DNA from: Kiritimatiellia bacterium
Lineage (GTDB): Bacteria > Verrucomicrobiota > Kiritimatiellia > RFP12 > UBA1067
Assembly: GCA_050949565.1 (NCBI GenBank)
Contig: JBMNFY010000017.1
Location: 960,001 to 1,024,000 of the forward strand
Length of the DNA: 64,000 nucleotides
Direction: 5' to 3'
Part shown: in pieces, positions 30,101 to 38,446 of the stretch
Position numbering within the stretch: position 1 is the first letter of the stretch
How the letters are laid out: the number at the start of each line of letters is the position of its first letter
Notes under the pieces: generated by a model
What the model was told of the DNA's origin: nothing
Databases searched by the model: none
What the model saw: only the letters and a program-made list of their open reading frames with translations
Position numbers and translations under genes: made by a program

Positions 30101-30171
30101 GCCGTCGCAACCACCAGCACCGCGACCGCGCACCGCATGATGACGCGCATTGCTCCCTTACTTTTTTTCAT
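27118..30171 (-). CDS. Secreted GH42-like beta-galactosidase family protein
   Basis: YDFSQLD, GYHLASGTTEEW, FLTSPTSY, WFDENDIRT; C-terminal trimerisation-like domain. Confidence 0.7.
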   Translation of the reverse strand: MKKSKGAMRVIMRCAVAVLVVATAGAAIALESELLFDGGPTNVWSTARDAARLTREFAVSELTQTDTPTALRWRFEPNPGTAFNDIFLTCRIARRFDALRVYVKNEGASFELAMKARDARNSEWTAQRVPLAAAGEWQWVEFPWPEWRVAPWSKDADGVFDLPITSLALIAFNVKTGQTYALRVAAIETVSANRPTARVSDFQVPAKIKAGEPFDVAFAFTLDRPVSEEEACLVFRRGRQEVGRAPLALPRTLKQVGVGEAVRVATTVSTPLYAVGGEQVVALHLGDARICLDGSAADDAVAAVTVVPRRPGRCNARVKPHNGVPTLFINGKPHNGMAWATYHPSSAVFRDFTRAGITLYTFSATPTESGYGLARTAWTAPDTYDFSQLDERAMMLLAENPDAYFFPRLYLHAPRWWSERHPDDIVLMDPGDGRYVPFIHSGGKFAPSWASEQWRRDTIEGLRRLIKHVEASPYADRVIGYHLASGTTEEWMMWGSNERHWVDFSPVNTRRFRDWLRAKYRKDTALREAWQDPAVSFDTAVIPPRAQREHAEIGSFRDPAKEQAVIDFYLYNSDLVADTICTFARAVKGFTHRKKVVGAFYGYLLQLCGEQRQQNAGHLALAKVLASRDIDFLTSPTSYAFRQFGGEGTSHFMSLLGSVTLSGKLWFDENDIRTSLAPGAPGTWGKAADVAGDIVQQEKELANVMVNGTAQWWFDVGSNVYGDPMLMDRIARLVRNASEIQALDRTPADEVAMIVDERSLCWMRVGDKALGAPLLVGQLPALSRIGAPVGHYLASDLPRLRDHKVLFIMTSFAPTEQDRRAIDALKRDGRVLVFVAVPGLYREGRLDESGMEALTGIRLRLDRAAAPYTVNVTGGHRWTKDLAGTTYGSGVSNAPICYADDAGAQVLGTLSDGRPGLVVKAGEGWTSVFSTAPLLPARLMRAIVEGAGVHTYIETDDVVWANRQMVAVSVKEGGRRKVRLPRAGCVRDLYSGEYVAQDVAEFETDFAEHATRVFTIE

Positions 30172-30180
30172 GTCCGCCCC

Positions 30181-31344
30181 CTATTGTACACTACCGTAAA
30201 ACGCAGCTTTTTGAAAATCACCGCGCAGATCCGAATTGTCCGAGTTCGGGAAGTTGACCCGCTGCACCATGAGAATGTACGCCACGCCTTTGACCGGGTC
30301 GATCCACCCCTGCGTGCCGTAGGCACCGCCGTGACCGAACGATCCCGGCGACAGCACGGCGGTCACGCCCTGCGGTTCACGCACCATGCCGCACCCCAAT
30401 CCCCAAGCGCAACCGGGCGTGAAGCCGGTCTTCAGGTCGCCGCTCTGAATCGTGGACATCGCCGTAACAGAGGTCGCCGACAGGATGCGGCGACCGCGGA
30501 AGATGCCGCGATTGAGTAACATCTGGCAGAAGCGCGCGTAATCCGGCGCGGTCGAGTAGAGCCCGCCGTTCGGTGCCGGGAACCGCGCATCGCCGCGCGC
30601 ACAGTCGTAGACCGGCGGCAGTGCAGCACGCTCCAGCCTGTCACCGTTCCGCTTGTACGAAACGGCGAGTCGTGCACGCTGGTTTGCGTCCGGATAAAAC
30701 GTTGTGTCCTGCATGCCGAGCGGCTTGAACAGGCGTTCTGCCAGAAAGCGTTCGAACGGCATACCCGAGAGCACCTCCACCACGCGACCCAAGGCATTCA
30801 TGCCGGACTGACTATACTGCCAACGGGTGCCAGGCGTGAACAACGCCGGTTTGGCGGCAATATGCGGCATCAGTTCTGCCAGCGTCCGCGACGCGAGTTG
30901 CTCCGCCTGCGTCGCCTCCGCCATGCCTGAGGTGTGCGTGAGCATCTGGCGCAACGTCGGAACCGCCGACCGGCCATCGGCGGTCTTCAGTCCAGAGAAC
31001 TCTGGGAGATATGTGGAGACCGGCGCATCCAGTTCAAGCTTGCCCTCATCCAGCAGCATCATCACGGCGCATGCCGTGACAGGCTTGGTCATTGAGGCGA
31101 TCCAGAACAGCGTGTCTGTACGCATCGGACGTTCGGCTTCGCGGTCCGCGAAACCGAAGGCCACCGTTTGACGCACACGCTCGCCGTCCACCACGCAAGC
31201 CACCGCGCCGGCGACCTCGTCCGCATCGATATACGGCTGAATCGCCTGCTTCAGGGTCGCCTTGGAGGGCGTACGTCCGATCATGCATCCCGCCAACATA
31301 CAGCATCCCGCCACACTGCCCCATACTTGTACTCTACTCATCAT
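30181..31344 (-). CDS. Serine hydrolase (beta-lactamase/esterase class C-like) lipoprotein
   Basis: FWIASMTK (SxxK), LTHTSG, PGTRWQYS, FGHGGAYGT. Confidence 0.9.
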   Translation of the reverse strand: MMSRVQVWGSVAGCCMLAGCMIGRTPSKATLKQAIQPYIDADEVAGAVACVVDGERVRQTVAFGFADREAERPMRTDTLFWIASMTKPVTACAVMMLLDEGKLELDAPVSTYLPEFSGLKTADGRSAVPTLRQMLTHTSGMAEATQAEQLASRTLAELMPHIAAKPALFTPGTRWQYSQSGMNALGRVVEVLSGMPFERFLAERLFKPLGMQDTTFYPDANQRARLAVSYKRNGDRLERAALPPVYDCARGDARFPAPNGGLYSTAPDYARFCQMLLNRGIFRGRRILSATSVTAMSTIQSGDLKTGFTPGCAWGLGCGMVREPQGVTAVLSPGSFGHGGAYGTQGWIDPVKGVAYILMVQRVNFPNSDNSDLRGDFQKAAFYGSVQ

Positions 31345-31383
31345 CTCACACCTCCCGATTGATTGCATTCTCAACCTGACTCC

Positions 31384-32790
31384 CTACACGACTTCTGTCC
31401 GCAAGGCCGGATCGAGGAGATCGCGCAGTTCGTCCGCCACATGGTTAAAAGCGAGAACCAACGCGAAGATCGCCAGCGTGACAAAGGTCATCTCCCACCA
31501 CACGCCCTGCCAGAGCCGCAGACGCGCGTTGTTGATCATGATGCCCCACGACGGTTCGCCCTGCACACCGATACCCAGAAAGCTGATAAAGACCTCTGTC
31601 GCCACCGACGCAGGGAACCGCACCGAGAATGCGATCAGGATGATGTGCGTCACATTCGGCAGGATGTGGCGGAACATGATACGCGCATGACCGTACCCCA
31701 ACACTTCGGCGGCCTGCACGTAAGCGCGGTGGCGGTGCTTGATGACCTCGCCGCGTACATTGCGGCAGACGCTCACCCAAGTTGTCAGGCCGATCCCGAG
31801 ATAGACGCCGGCCAACCCCTGCCCCACCACCATCGCAATCGCGAGAATAAAGAGTAAGCCCGGCATCGAAGCGACCGTTGCGCACAGCCAGACCACGATG
31901 CTGTCCACGCGCCCGCCGAAGTAGCCGCCCAAGCAACCTAGCAGCACACCCAAGGGAATCGCGATCAACGAAGTGATGATGCCGACGTGAAACGCGATGC
32001 GCGTCCCCTGCACCAGACGTTGCAGCACGTCGCGCCCGAGATTGTCGCTGCCCAGCAGATAGAGCGGCTCGCCCGCCGGACGGGAGCGAACCGCCGCGAG
32101 CCGTACAAAGGCCGGCGGCACATAGCGCGACTGCTCGCGCACGGTGTTGTAGGTCGGCGTACGGTCGTTCAGGCGCGCCGCCCGGTAGACCACCTCGCCG
32201 TACAGCGCGGCCGCGGCATACACCAAGATCACGATCAGACACAAGCGCGTGTCCCACCGCTTCCATAAGCGGCGCATGATGCTCGGCCGCAATCGGTTGG
32301 TGACAGGGGGCATGCGAGTCGGGCGCGTGTTTGGTGTGTGCGCAGTCGGGAGCGCGGGCGTCCCCGCCCGCAGAAAGTTGAAAGTTGAAAGTTTTTTAAC
32401 GCAGAGACGCAGAGACGCAGAGATTTTACGGGATGGCGGCGTGATCGCCGCCGAGGGGAGGGACGAGCGTCTGCTCGTCCGCGGGCAAGCAGACGCTTGC
32501 CCCTCCCAGCGCTCCGCAGTGAACCCTGAAACCATCATCCTTCCGCACAGCGGAAGGCGGCTCGTGGGGACACTCGCCCTCCAAATCATGTTAATCATGT
32601 CAATCATGTCAAAAATAAACCTGAAACCGAGCCAAGTGTGCGCATCAGACTTTTGCAAGACACGCTGTTGCGGGCGAGGACGCCCGCGCTCCCGGCTCTC
32701 TGCTCTCCCTTTCGCCAGAAACGCATGACCCTCGCGCACCTCTGTCGTCAACCGATTACCCTCCGGCCTGTTGTTCGCGTTTGTCGTCAT
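31384..32790 (-). CDS. Peptide ABC transporter permease (OppC/DppC-like) with in-frame MITE near the N-terminus
   Basis: LGSDNLGRDV, EAA-loop YVQAAEVLG, SFLGIG..PSWG; ATG 32790 overlaps the upstream stop (ATGA); alternative start 32277. Confidence 0.85.
   Translation of the reverse strand: MTTNANNRPEGNRLTTEVREGHAFLAKGRAESRERGRPRPQQRVLQKSDAHTWLGFRFIFDMIDMINMIWRASVPTSRLPLCGRMMVSGFTAERWEGQASACPRTSRRSSLPSAAITPPSRKISASLRLCVKKLSTFNFLRAGTPALPTAHTPNTRPTRMPPVTNRLRPSIMRRLWKRWDTRLCLIVILVYAAAALYGEVVYRAARLNDRTPTYNTVREQSRYVPPAFVRLAAVRSRPAGEPLYLLGSDNLGRDVLQRLVQGTRIAFHVGIITSLIAIPLGVLLGCLGGYFGGRVDSIVVWLCATVASMPGLLFILAIAMVVGQGLAGVYLGIGLTTWVSVCRNVRGEVIKHRHRAYVQAAEVLGYGHARIMFRHILPNVTHIILIAFSVRFPASVATEVFISFLGIGVQGEPSWGIMINNARLRLWQGVWWEMTFVTLAIFALVLAFNHVADELRDLLDPALRTEVV
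32289..32759. mobile_element. 471-bp composite MITE
   Basis: TIRs GCAATCGGTTGGTGACAG / CTGTCGTCAACCGATTAC; arms homologous to 58818-59074. Confidence 0.8.
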
Positions 32791-34019
32791 GCCAACCTCA
32801 CACGCGGATCCAGCCATGCGTAACAGACGTCCGTCGCCATATTCACGATCTGGTAGAGCAACGCCCCGAGGATCACGACCGCGCGCACCACCGCCATGTC
32901 AGACGAGTGAATCGCGTTCAGGCTCACACTGCCCAACCCCGGAATGCCGAAAAAGCTTTCGAGCATCAGACTGCCGGTGAACAAAAACGGCACCGACAGG
33001 CTGACGTACGTCACGATCGGAATCAGGCTATTGCGCAACACATGACGGAACATAATCCGATGTCCGCTCAAGCCCTTGGCCTGCGCCGTGCGCACATACG
33101 GCTTGAAGATCTCGTCAAGAATCGCCGCCCGGTAAAAGCGCACATCGCGACCCAGCCCGCTGACGATGCCGATCAAAACGGGCAACACCAGATACGCCGC
33201 CGACTCGAAGCCCCAGATCGGAAAGAGCCGCATCTTGAAGGCCAGCAGAAATTGGCCGGCCAACACCCAGACCACATAGTTGACGCTCATCAACACCGTC
33301 GAGAGGATCAACACCGCGCGGTCCGTCACGCTGCCGCGCCACGCCGCGCAGAGCAGCGCCAACATCACGGCGATGACCGTGCCGCCGATCAGGATCGGGA
33401 TCGTCAACGCCAGCGAAGGCCCCACGCCCTCGCGCAACACCTGCGCCACCGGCAAGCGGTACTCGATCGACTGCCCGAGGTCGCCGCGCGCCAGGGAGGT
33501 CAGATAGTGGATGAACTGGGAATCGAACAGGCCGCGATTCCCCTTTTCAAGACGCACGCGCGATGCAGTCACGCCCTCGACGTCAAGCGTCACCGCCGTC
33601 CACCCCTCGCGCACGGCGAACGTCAGCGGCGCGGGGCCATCGACCAGCGCTTCATCGGTGGTGCCGGTCGCGCTCTCGCGCAGACCGATCAGCACACGAC
33701 CGGCGTTCACCCGGTAGAGTCCCGCCGGCAGCGCGTAGGTCAGCGGCAACCGCAAGAGGCCGGATTCAGGGTGGCGCGTAAGTGTCTCACGCGGCGTATC
33801 GCCCAGCGCCCGGATCCGCGACCAGCGGCCCATCAGCAGCGGGCGGTCATAGCCGTGATGCGCGTCAAACGCGGCCAGCGACTCGGATGACGCATTCTTG
33901 CCGAGCACCACTTCCGCAGGCGAGCCGCCCACGACATGAAAAAGCACAAAGGTCAGGACCAGCACGCCGAACGTGGTCGGGATCATCTCCAGTAATCGTT
34001 TGACAATGTATCGCTTCAA
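32787..34019 (-). CDS. Peptide ABC transporter permease (OppB/DppB-like)
   Basis: MKRYIVKRLL..., GDLGQS, YVRTAQAKGLS, RHVLRNSL, ESFFGIPGLG, LDPRVR. Confidence 0.9.
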   Translation of the reverse strand: MKRYIVKRLLEMIPTTFGVLVLTFVLFHVVGGSPAEVVLGKNASSESLAAFDAHHGYDRPLLMGRWSRIRALGDTPRETLTRHPESGLLRLPLTYALPAGLYRVNAGRVLIGLRESATGTTDEALVDGPAPLTFAVREGWTAVTLDVEGVTASRVRLEKGNRGLFDSQFIHYLTSLARGDLGQSIEYRLPVAQVLREGVGPSLALTIPILIGGTVIAVMLALLCAAWRGSVTDRAVLILSTVLMSVNYVVWVLAGQFLLAFKMRLFPIWGFESAAYLVLPVLIGIVSGLGRDVRFYRAAILDEIFKPYVRTAQAKGLSGHRIMFRHVLRNSLIPIVTYVSLSVPFLFTGSLMLESFFGIPGLGSVSLNAIHSSDMAVVRAVVILGALLYQIVNMATDVCYAWLDPRVRLA

Positions 34020-34273
34020 CGACGATTCCGTTTCCGCGCAGCCTTTTGCGCTTTTTTCGCAGCGACGCGCTTTTGTTGTTGTTTCCGTTCACGGGCGGCT
34101 CGGTTCACCGCGTGCGAAACACGACCGCGGTCGATGCCCTCACGAAATAAATGTCCTATGAACGCATACTCCCCGGCGGGCAGACCGTATTCTGCCTGAA
34201 GCAGCGTGATGCTGCGCGTCTCATTAACGGCGAGATCCGGATACAGGTTATAAAAACGTTGAAAAGCCATCAT
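34016..34273 (-). CDS. Short, probably internally deleted hypothetical protein
   Basis: FYNLYPDLAVNETRSITL...LPAGEYAF N-terminus joined to a basic KKAQKAARKRNRR tail; overlaps both neighbours. Confidence 0.45.
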   Translation of the reverse strand: MMAFQRFYNLYPDLAVNETRSITLLQAEYGLPAGEYAFIGHLFREGIDRGRVSHAVNRAARERKQQQKRVAAKKAQKAARKRNRR

Positions 34274-37200
34274 TGTTCGCCTGTTTGAGGCGCTTGCAAA
34301 ACCTTGCTACTCTTTCATGGGCGGGACGCCCATGCCACGAGGTGTGTGGCACGGGCATCCTGCCCGTGTCTGCCCCATGGGCGGGACGCCCATGCCACGA
34401 AGGGTTTTGCAAGGCCCTCGTTTCGTTCTTAACCGGTCGAACGCACTCAGCTACCAATGTGCGCACAGAGGGATGGGTCATGCGGCGGTTGCATTCAAGC
34501 AGAGCCGGGTACAGGTGCGGATCGGCACCGCCGCTGTTCCGCTGAACCGTGCGCATGATCGTCACTTCCAGACGTCCGTCATCACGTATTCCGGTCTGTA
34601 CCGCGTAGTCCAGCGTGCCGAGCCCGTTGGGCAGTGCCCAGTGCATCGATGCCGGCACGACCGGCAACTGCGTGAACCCCTCCGGCAACACAATCCGGCA
34701 GAATAATTCAGTCGTGCCGTTCATCCCGATGAAGAGCGGCTGGTCGCGGGTGTCGGCGCGTAGCGGGAAGAGCACCCCCGCCACTTCCGGAATCAACAGC
34801 GTCAACACGCCCTTCTCAACCGCTGCGTAGTCACGCGCCGTCGCCGTAAAGGTCAAGTAGCCGGGATAGGCCGCCGTCTCAACGATCAGGTCGGACGCCG
34901 GTTCCGCCGATTTGGCCAGCGCACCGACACGCTCCAGATGATGACGCCGGAAATCTTCAGGCAGCATCTCACGGTAACGCTTGCGGAACGGTCCCACCTG
35001 CGTGCCGTAAAACCAGTTCGTGACCGTGATCCGCGCACAGCCTTGCGCGTCCAACTCAATCGTCCACGCATCGCGGCGGCGGTTTTTCAGATCGGGTTCG
35101 AGGTCAATCGTCTGCATGCGTCCTTTGAGCGTCAGAGCCGGCGCGCCGTCCAGTCCCGACGCGCCCAGCTCGTCGTACTGGTCGCCCTCGTTGAGAATGA
35201 AGTGCTGTCCTTCGCAAGTCACGGCCACCACAAGATGGTGATAGTAGCCGCGTTGCGGCACATCGCGCGACGGTGCCGCGTACGGCGCATGGCGCGTGGT
35301 GTCCTGACTGGCCAGCAGGAACTCGGGATCGAATCCGGCGGCATCCAGCATGGCGGCCAACAGCAGCGCACGGTCGGCGGGATGGCCATACTGATCGGCC
35401 AGCGTGCGATCGGGCGCGGAGAGCGCTTCCAGCGGCAGATCGAGAAACGAGGGACCCGCCGGACGGATGGTGCGCAGCACGTCATCGCGAATCGCCAGCA
35501 GGCGGGCGCGCGGTTCGCGGAGCCCTTTGACAAGCGCCTTGGCATGTTGACGCGCGGCGCGGTCTTCTTCGCCCGCGCGATCCAGCGCACGCCGTAACCG
35601 ACGCGCGTACTCTTGCCAATCACCGAACGAGACGTACACCGAGGGCTTAAAAAAGTGCCAAGGCGGCAACAGTTCTTCCGCACGCATCGCGGACTGCGCC
35701 GGTGCTTGCCAGGAGAGGACGACATGTGTCTCGTTGGTTTCCGCCTGGAACGCTAGCGTCTCCGTGTGGAACGTCTGCATGGCGGGCCGCAGCGTTTTCG
35801 GGAAGCGCAGGCGGTACGTCTCGCTCTGCACCGGCTCGACGCCGCCGAAGGCATGCGTGTGGCTGTAGAAACAGGCGTTGGTCTGGGACAAGCGCGTGGT
35901 CACGGTGATCACGCTGCCGGTCTCAACCCCCGGCAGATTCACGACCAGCGTTTTGCCTGCGGGATAGCGCGGTGCCGACCCGACCCACGCCGCGTCCATG
36001 ACGTTGATCTCGTGCGGGCTGACGCTGTGTACACTGCCGTTCAGGTTCGAGACCGTCGCATCGACCACATCCACCGTCTGCCAGACCGGGTTGAAAGCGA
36101 TCTTCAATTCGGCACCTTTTTTCTTACCGGCGTAGGTCAGGATTCTTTTCGACCATGTGCGCGTGGTGGTCCAAGCGTGGGGCGTCTCGATCATCGTGTC
36201 CGTCAGGTCGCTCAGAATCTCCATATCCGGCACCGTTGACGAAAACGCCGTGAAGAGCGGCCGTGCGCGGCTGGCAGCTTCGATCTCCTGCAGGACCTCT
36301 TTCAGTTCCAGATAGGCGGCGGGCGAGAACTCGGGGGTTTTCAGCAGATAGCGCAGCGTGCCGGTAAGGGTGCCGTCGCTGACTGTCTGCGACAACTCAA
36401 AGGCCACGCCGGCGCGGTCGATGCGCACCGGTTGCGGCAGGGCATGCACCGCGCCCAAGCCGTCGGCAATGTTCAGGGTCATGTGCTCTTCGACGCCGCA
36501 GGTGATCCCGGTTTCCAGCGGATAGCGCCGCTCTTTCAGGCCGGTCTGTCCGATCACGAAGTTGGCATACCCCAGCGCCGTGCCCAGCCACGGCACCGTG
36601 ATGAGATCCAGTCCACTGCCGCGCACCGGGAAATCGGGCACACGGCTGATCAAAGTGACGGTCAGCGGCTGCTCGGTATCCTGAAGGTCTTCAGGGCTGA
36701 TGACGCACGAGAGGACTTCGGCTCCGGCCAAGCGGCTTTTGAGCACGCCCTCGAAAAACTTGCGGCGCTGATCCGGTTTCTGCCGCACGAAAAGGCTGCG
36801 GTAGGCGTTATCGTTGATCCCTTCCAGCACCAGGCGCGAAGTCAGCAGCAGCGATCCCGAAGCGTCCAGCGTGCCGTCGGTCTCAATGCGCGCCAGATTG
36901 TTTTCAGCCGGATAAACGTCCGACACGAGCAGGGTTTCACCTTCGGGTCGAGCCACCAGATAGCTGCGATTGCACAGATAGGCGGGGAAAAGATCGCGCG
37001 TGTTTTCATCGGTCGGATCCATCAACAGGTAGCCGCCGCCCGGCCGGTCAACCGCCGTGACAGCGTGATTGAAATAGGGGATCGGCACATCCGGGTCCAT
37101 CCGCGCGCCGGCATGGATAAGCACCGGATAGGCCGGAATATCGGCCATGCGCAACAGTGCGACCAGCAGCGCGGCCTTGTCGCGGCAGACACCATAGCGG

Positions 37201-38243
37201 TTGTTGAAGGTCACGGACACTTCGTGCGGCTCATAGCCGGGCGCGGTCTCTTCGGTGGTAAGCCCCATGTAGCGGATATGCTGCGAAACGAATTTGAAGA
37301 TGCGGCGGATTTTCTCGTCGCGCGTCGTAGCATCCGCGATCAGGCGGTTGACGGTCTCCTGCATCTCAGGTGTAGTTTTAGCCAGTGCCGGTTCGCAGAG
37401 CTTCCAGTACCAGCGCGAGACCGTGCGCCAGTCGTCGATAGAGCTGAGGATCAGGCGTTGCACCTGCGTGTACAGCGGCGGCATGTCGGGCTCTGGAAAC
37501 ATCTGCGGCACGTTGCGCACAGTCCAGGTGTGCAGCGTGCGGCCGTCCGGCTGGCGGCTCTCGGCATAGGCCACCGTGTTCGAGATCGGAGCGCGCAACA
37601 CGCGGCTGCGGATCGGAAGTTCCGGCGGCATGGAGACGGCGTACAGCAGATTGACGATCGGCGAGTCGTATTCGAAAACCGTATAGTCGGCCCATGTGTC
37701 GGGCATGCGCGTCTTGGAGGTGATGCGGCAGGTCACCAAGTGGCAGAGGTCGCCGACCTCGACCCCCGGCATGGAAAAACTCAGGATCTTGTTGTTCGGG
37801 TCGTAAATGTTGGAGCCCATCTGACCGGGCTCGGTCATCACGCGCGAATAGGCCTCCGGATCGATCGCGACCACGCGTCCATCCGGCTTGATGATTTCAG
37901 CGCGGTAGACAAACGTCGTGCCGTAGTGGAGGTTGAACATCATCTGGTGCGAAGAGGCGTCGCGCCGCCCCTTCTCGGTCAGCACCTTCGCATACTCGTC
38001 ATCCCACACCACCGACGTCCCGTCCTTTGCGACAATCTCGAGGACGTGGTCATCGACCAGCACCTGATCGGCATCGGGGAAGCGCTCGGCGGTGACCGTG
38101 CGCGCATCAGCCGCGACCTTGTCGCGTTCTAAGAGAAAACCGTCCGGCGGCGTTACCGCGCCGTACACACCCCAGACCATCCCCAGAAATCCTGCGGCCA
38201 CCGCCAGAACCCGGTGCCCCATCCTCATCGCCCTGCATTTCAT
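34248..38243 (-). CDS. DUF3857 + transglutaminase-like protein (two modules)
   Basis: GVEVG, IRYMG, YGVCRDKA (catalytic Cys), FNHAV, DPT; second module lacks the Cys (YGHPADRA). Confidence 0.85.
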   Translation of the reverse strand: MKCRAMRMGHRVLAVAAGFLGMVWGVYGAVTPPDGFLLERDKVAADARTVTAERFPDADQVLVDDHVLEIVAKDGTSVVWDDEYAKVLTEKGRRDASSHQMMFNLHYGTTFVYRAEIIKPDGRVVAIDPEAYSRVMTEPGQMGSNIYDPNNKILSFSMPGVEVGDLCHLVTCRITSKTRMPDTWADYTVFEYDSPIVNLLYAVSMPPELPIRSRVLRAPISNTVAYAESRQPDGRTLHTWTVRNVPQMFPEPDMPPLYTQVQRLILSSIDDWRTVSRWYWKLCEPALAKTTPEMQETVNRLIADATTRDEKIRRIFKFVSQHIRYMGLTTEETAPGYEPHEVSVTFNNRYGVCRDKAALLVALLRMADIPAYPVLIHAGARMDPDVPIPYFNHAVTAVDRPGGGYLLMDPTDENTRDLFPAYLCNRSYLVARPEGETLLVSDVYPAENNLARIETDGTLDASGSLLLTSRLVLEGINDNAYRSLFVRQKPDQRRKFFEGVLKSRLAGAEVLSCVISPEDLQDTEQPLTVTLISRVPDFPVRGSGLDLITVPWLGTALGYANFVIGQTGLKERRYPLETGITCGVEEHMTLNIADGLGAVHALPQPVRIDRAGVAFELSQTVSDGTLTGTLRYLLKTPEFSPAAYLELKEVLQEIEAASRARPLFTAFSSTVPDMEILSDLTDTMIETPHAWTTTRTWSKRILTYAGKKKGAELKIAFNPVWQTVDVVDATVSNLNGSVHSVSPHEINVMDAAWVGSAPRYPAGKTLVVNLPGVETGSVITVTTRLSQTNACFYSHTHAFGGVEPVQSETYRLRFPKTLRPAMQTFHTETLAFQAETNETHVVLSWQAPAQSAMRAEELLPPWHFFKPSVYVSFGDWQEYARRLRRALDRAGEEDRAARQHAKALVKGLREPRARLLAIRDDVLRTIRPAGPSFLDLPLEALSAPDRTLADQYGHPADRALLLAAMLDAAGFDPEFLLASQDTTRHAPYAAPSRDVPQRGYYHHLVVAVTCEGQHFILNEGDQYDELGASGLDGAPALTLKGRMQTIDLEPDLKNRRRDAWTIELDAQGCARITVTNWFYGTQVGPFRKRYREMLPEDFRRHHLERVGALAKSAEPASDLIVETAAYPGYLTFTATARDYAAVEKGVLTLLIPEVAGVLFPLRADTRDQPLFIGMNGTTELFCRIVLPEGFTQLPVVPASMHWALPNGLGTLDYAVQTGIRDDGRLEVTIMRTVQRNSGGADPHLYPALLECNRRMTHPSVRTLVAECVRPVKNETRALQNPSWHGRPAHGADTGRMPVPHTSWHGRPAHERVARFCKRLKQANNDGFSTFL
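34287..34419. mobile_element. 133-bp MITE carrying three REP palindromes, 4-bp TSD GTTT
   Basis: TIRs GAGGCGCTTGCAAAACCTT / AGGGTTTTGCAAGGCCCTC; removal restores a stop codon. Confidence 0.8.
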
Positions 38244-38446
38244 GACACCGTATTTAACCAAAAACCCACCGTAGACTCCAGCGAGCATAACGCGCGCGCA
38301 CCAGAATCAGACCGATCAGTCGGATCAGTCGGATTGCCCAAAAACCAAAAGGGCAAATCCGCTGGACGACCTGTCGCCGGACGGTGTAAGCTGTGGCCGT
38401 TGGTTTTTCATGCGTCTGCGGAGTGCTAGTAATTAGGAGGGAAGCC

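Noticed and set aside
30181-31344. Antibiotic-resistance beta-lactamase
   Set aside because: Motifs fit the broad serine hydrolase/esterase family; no mobile context
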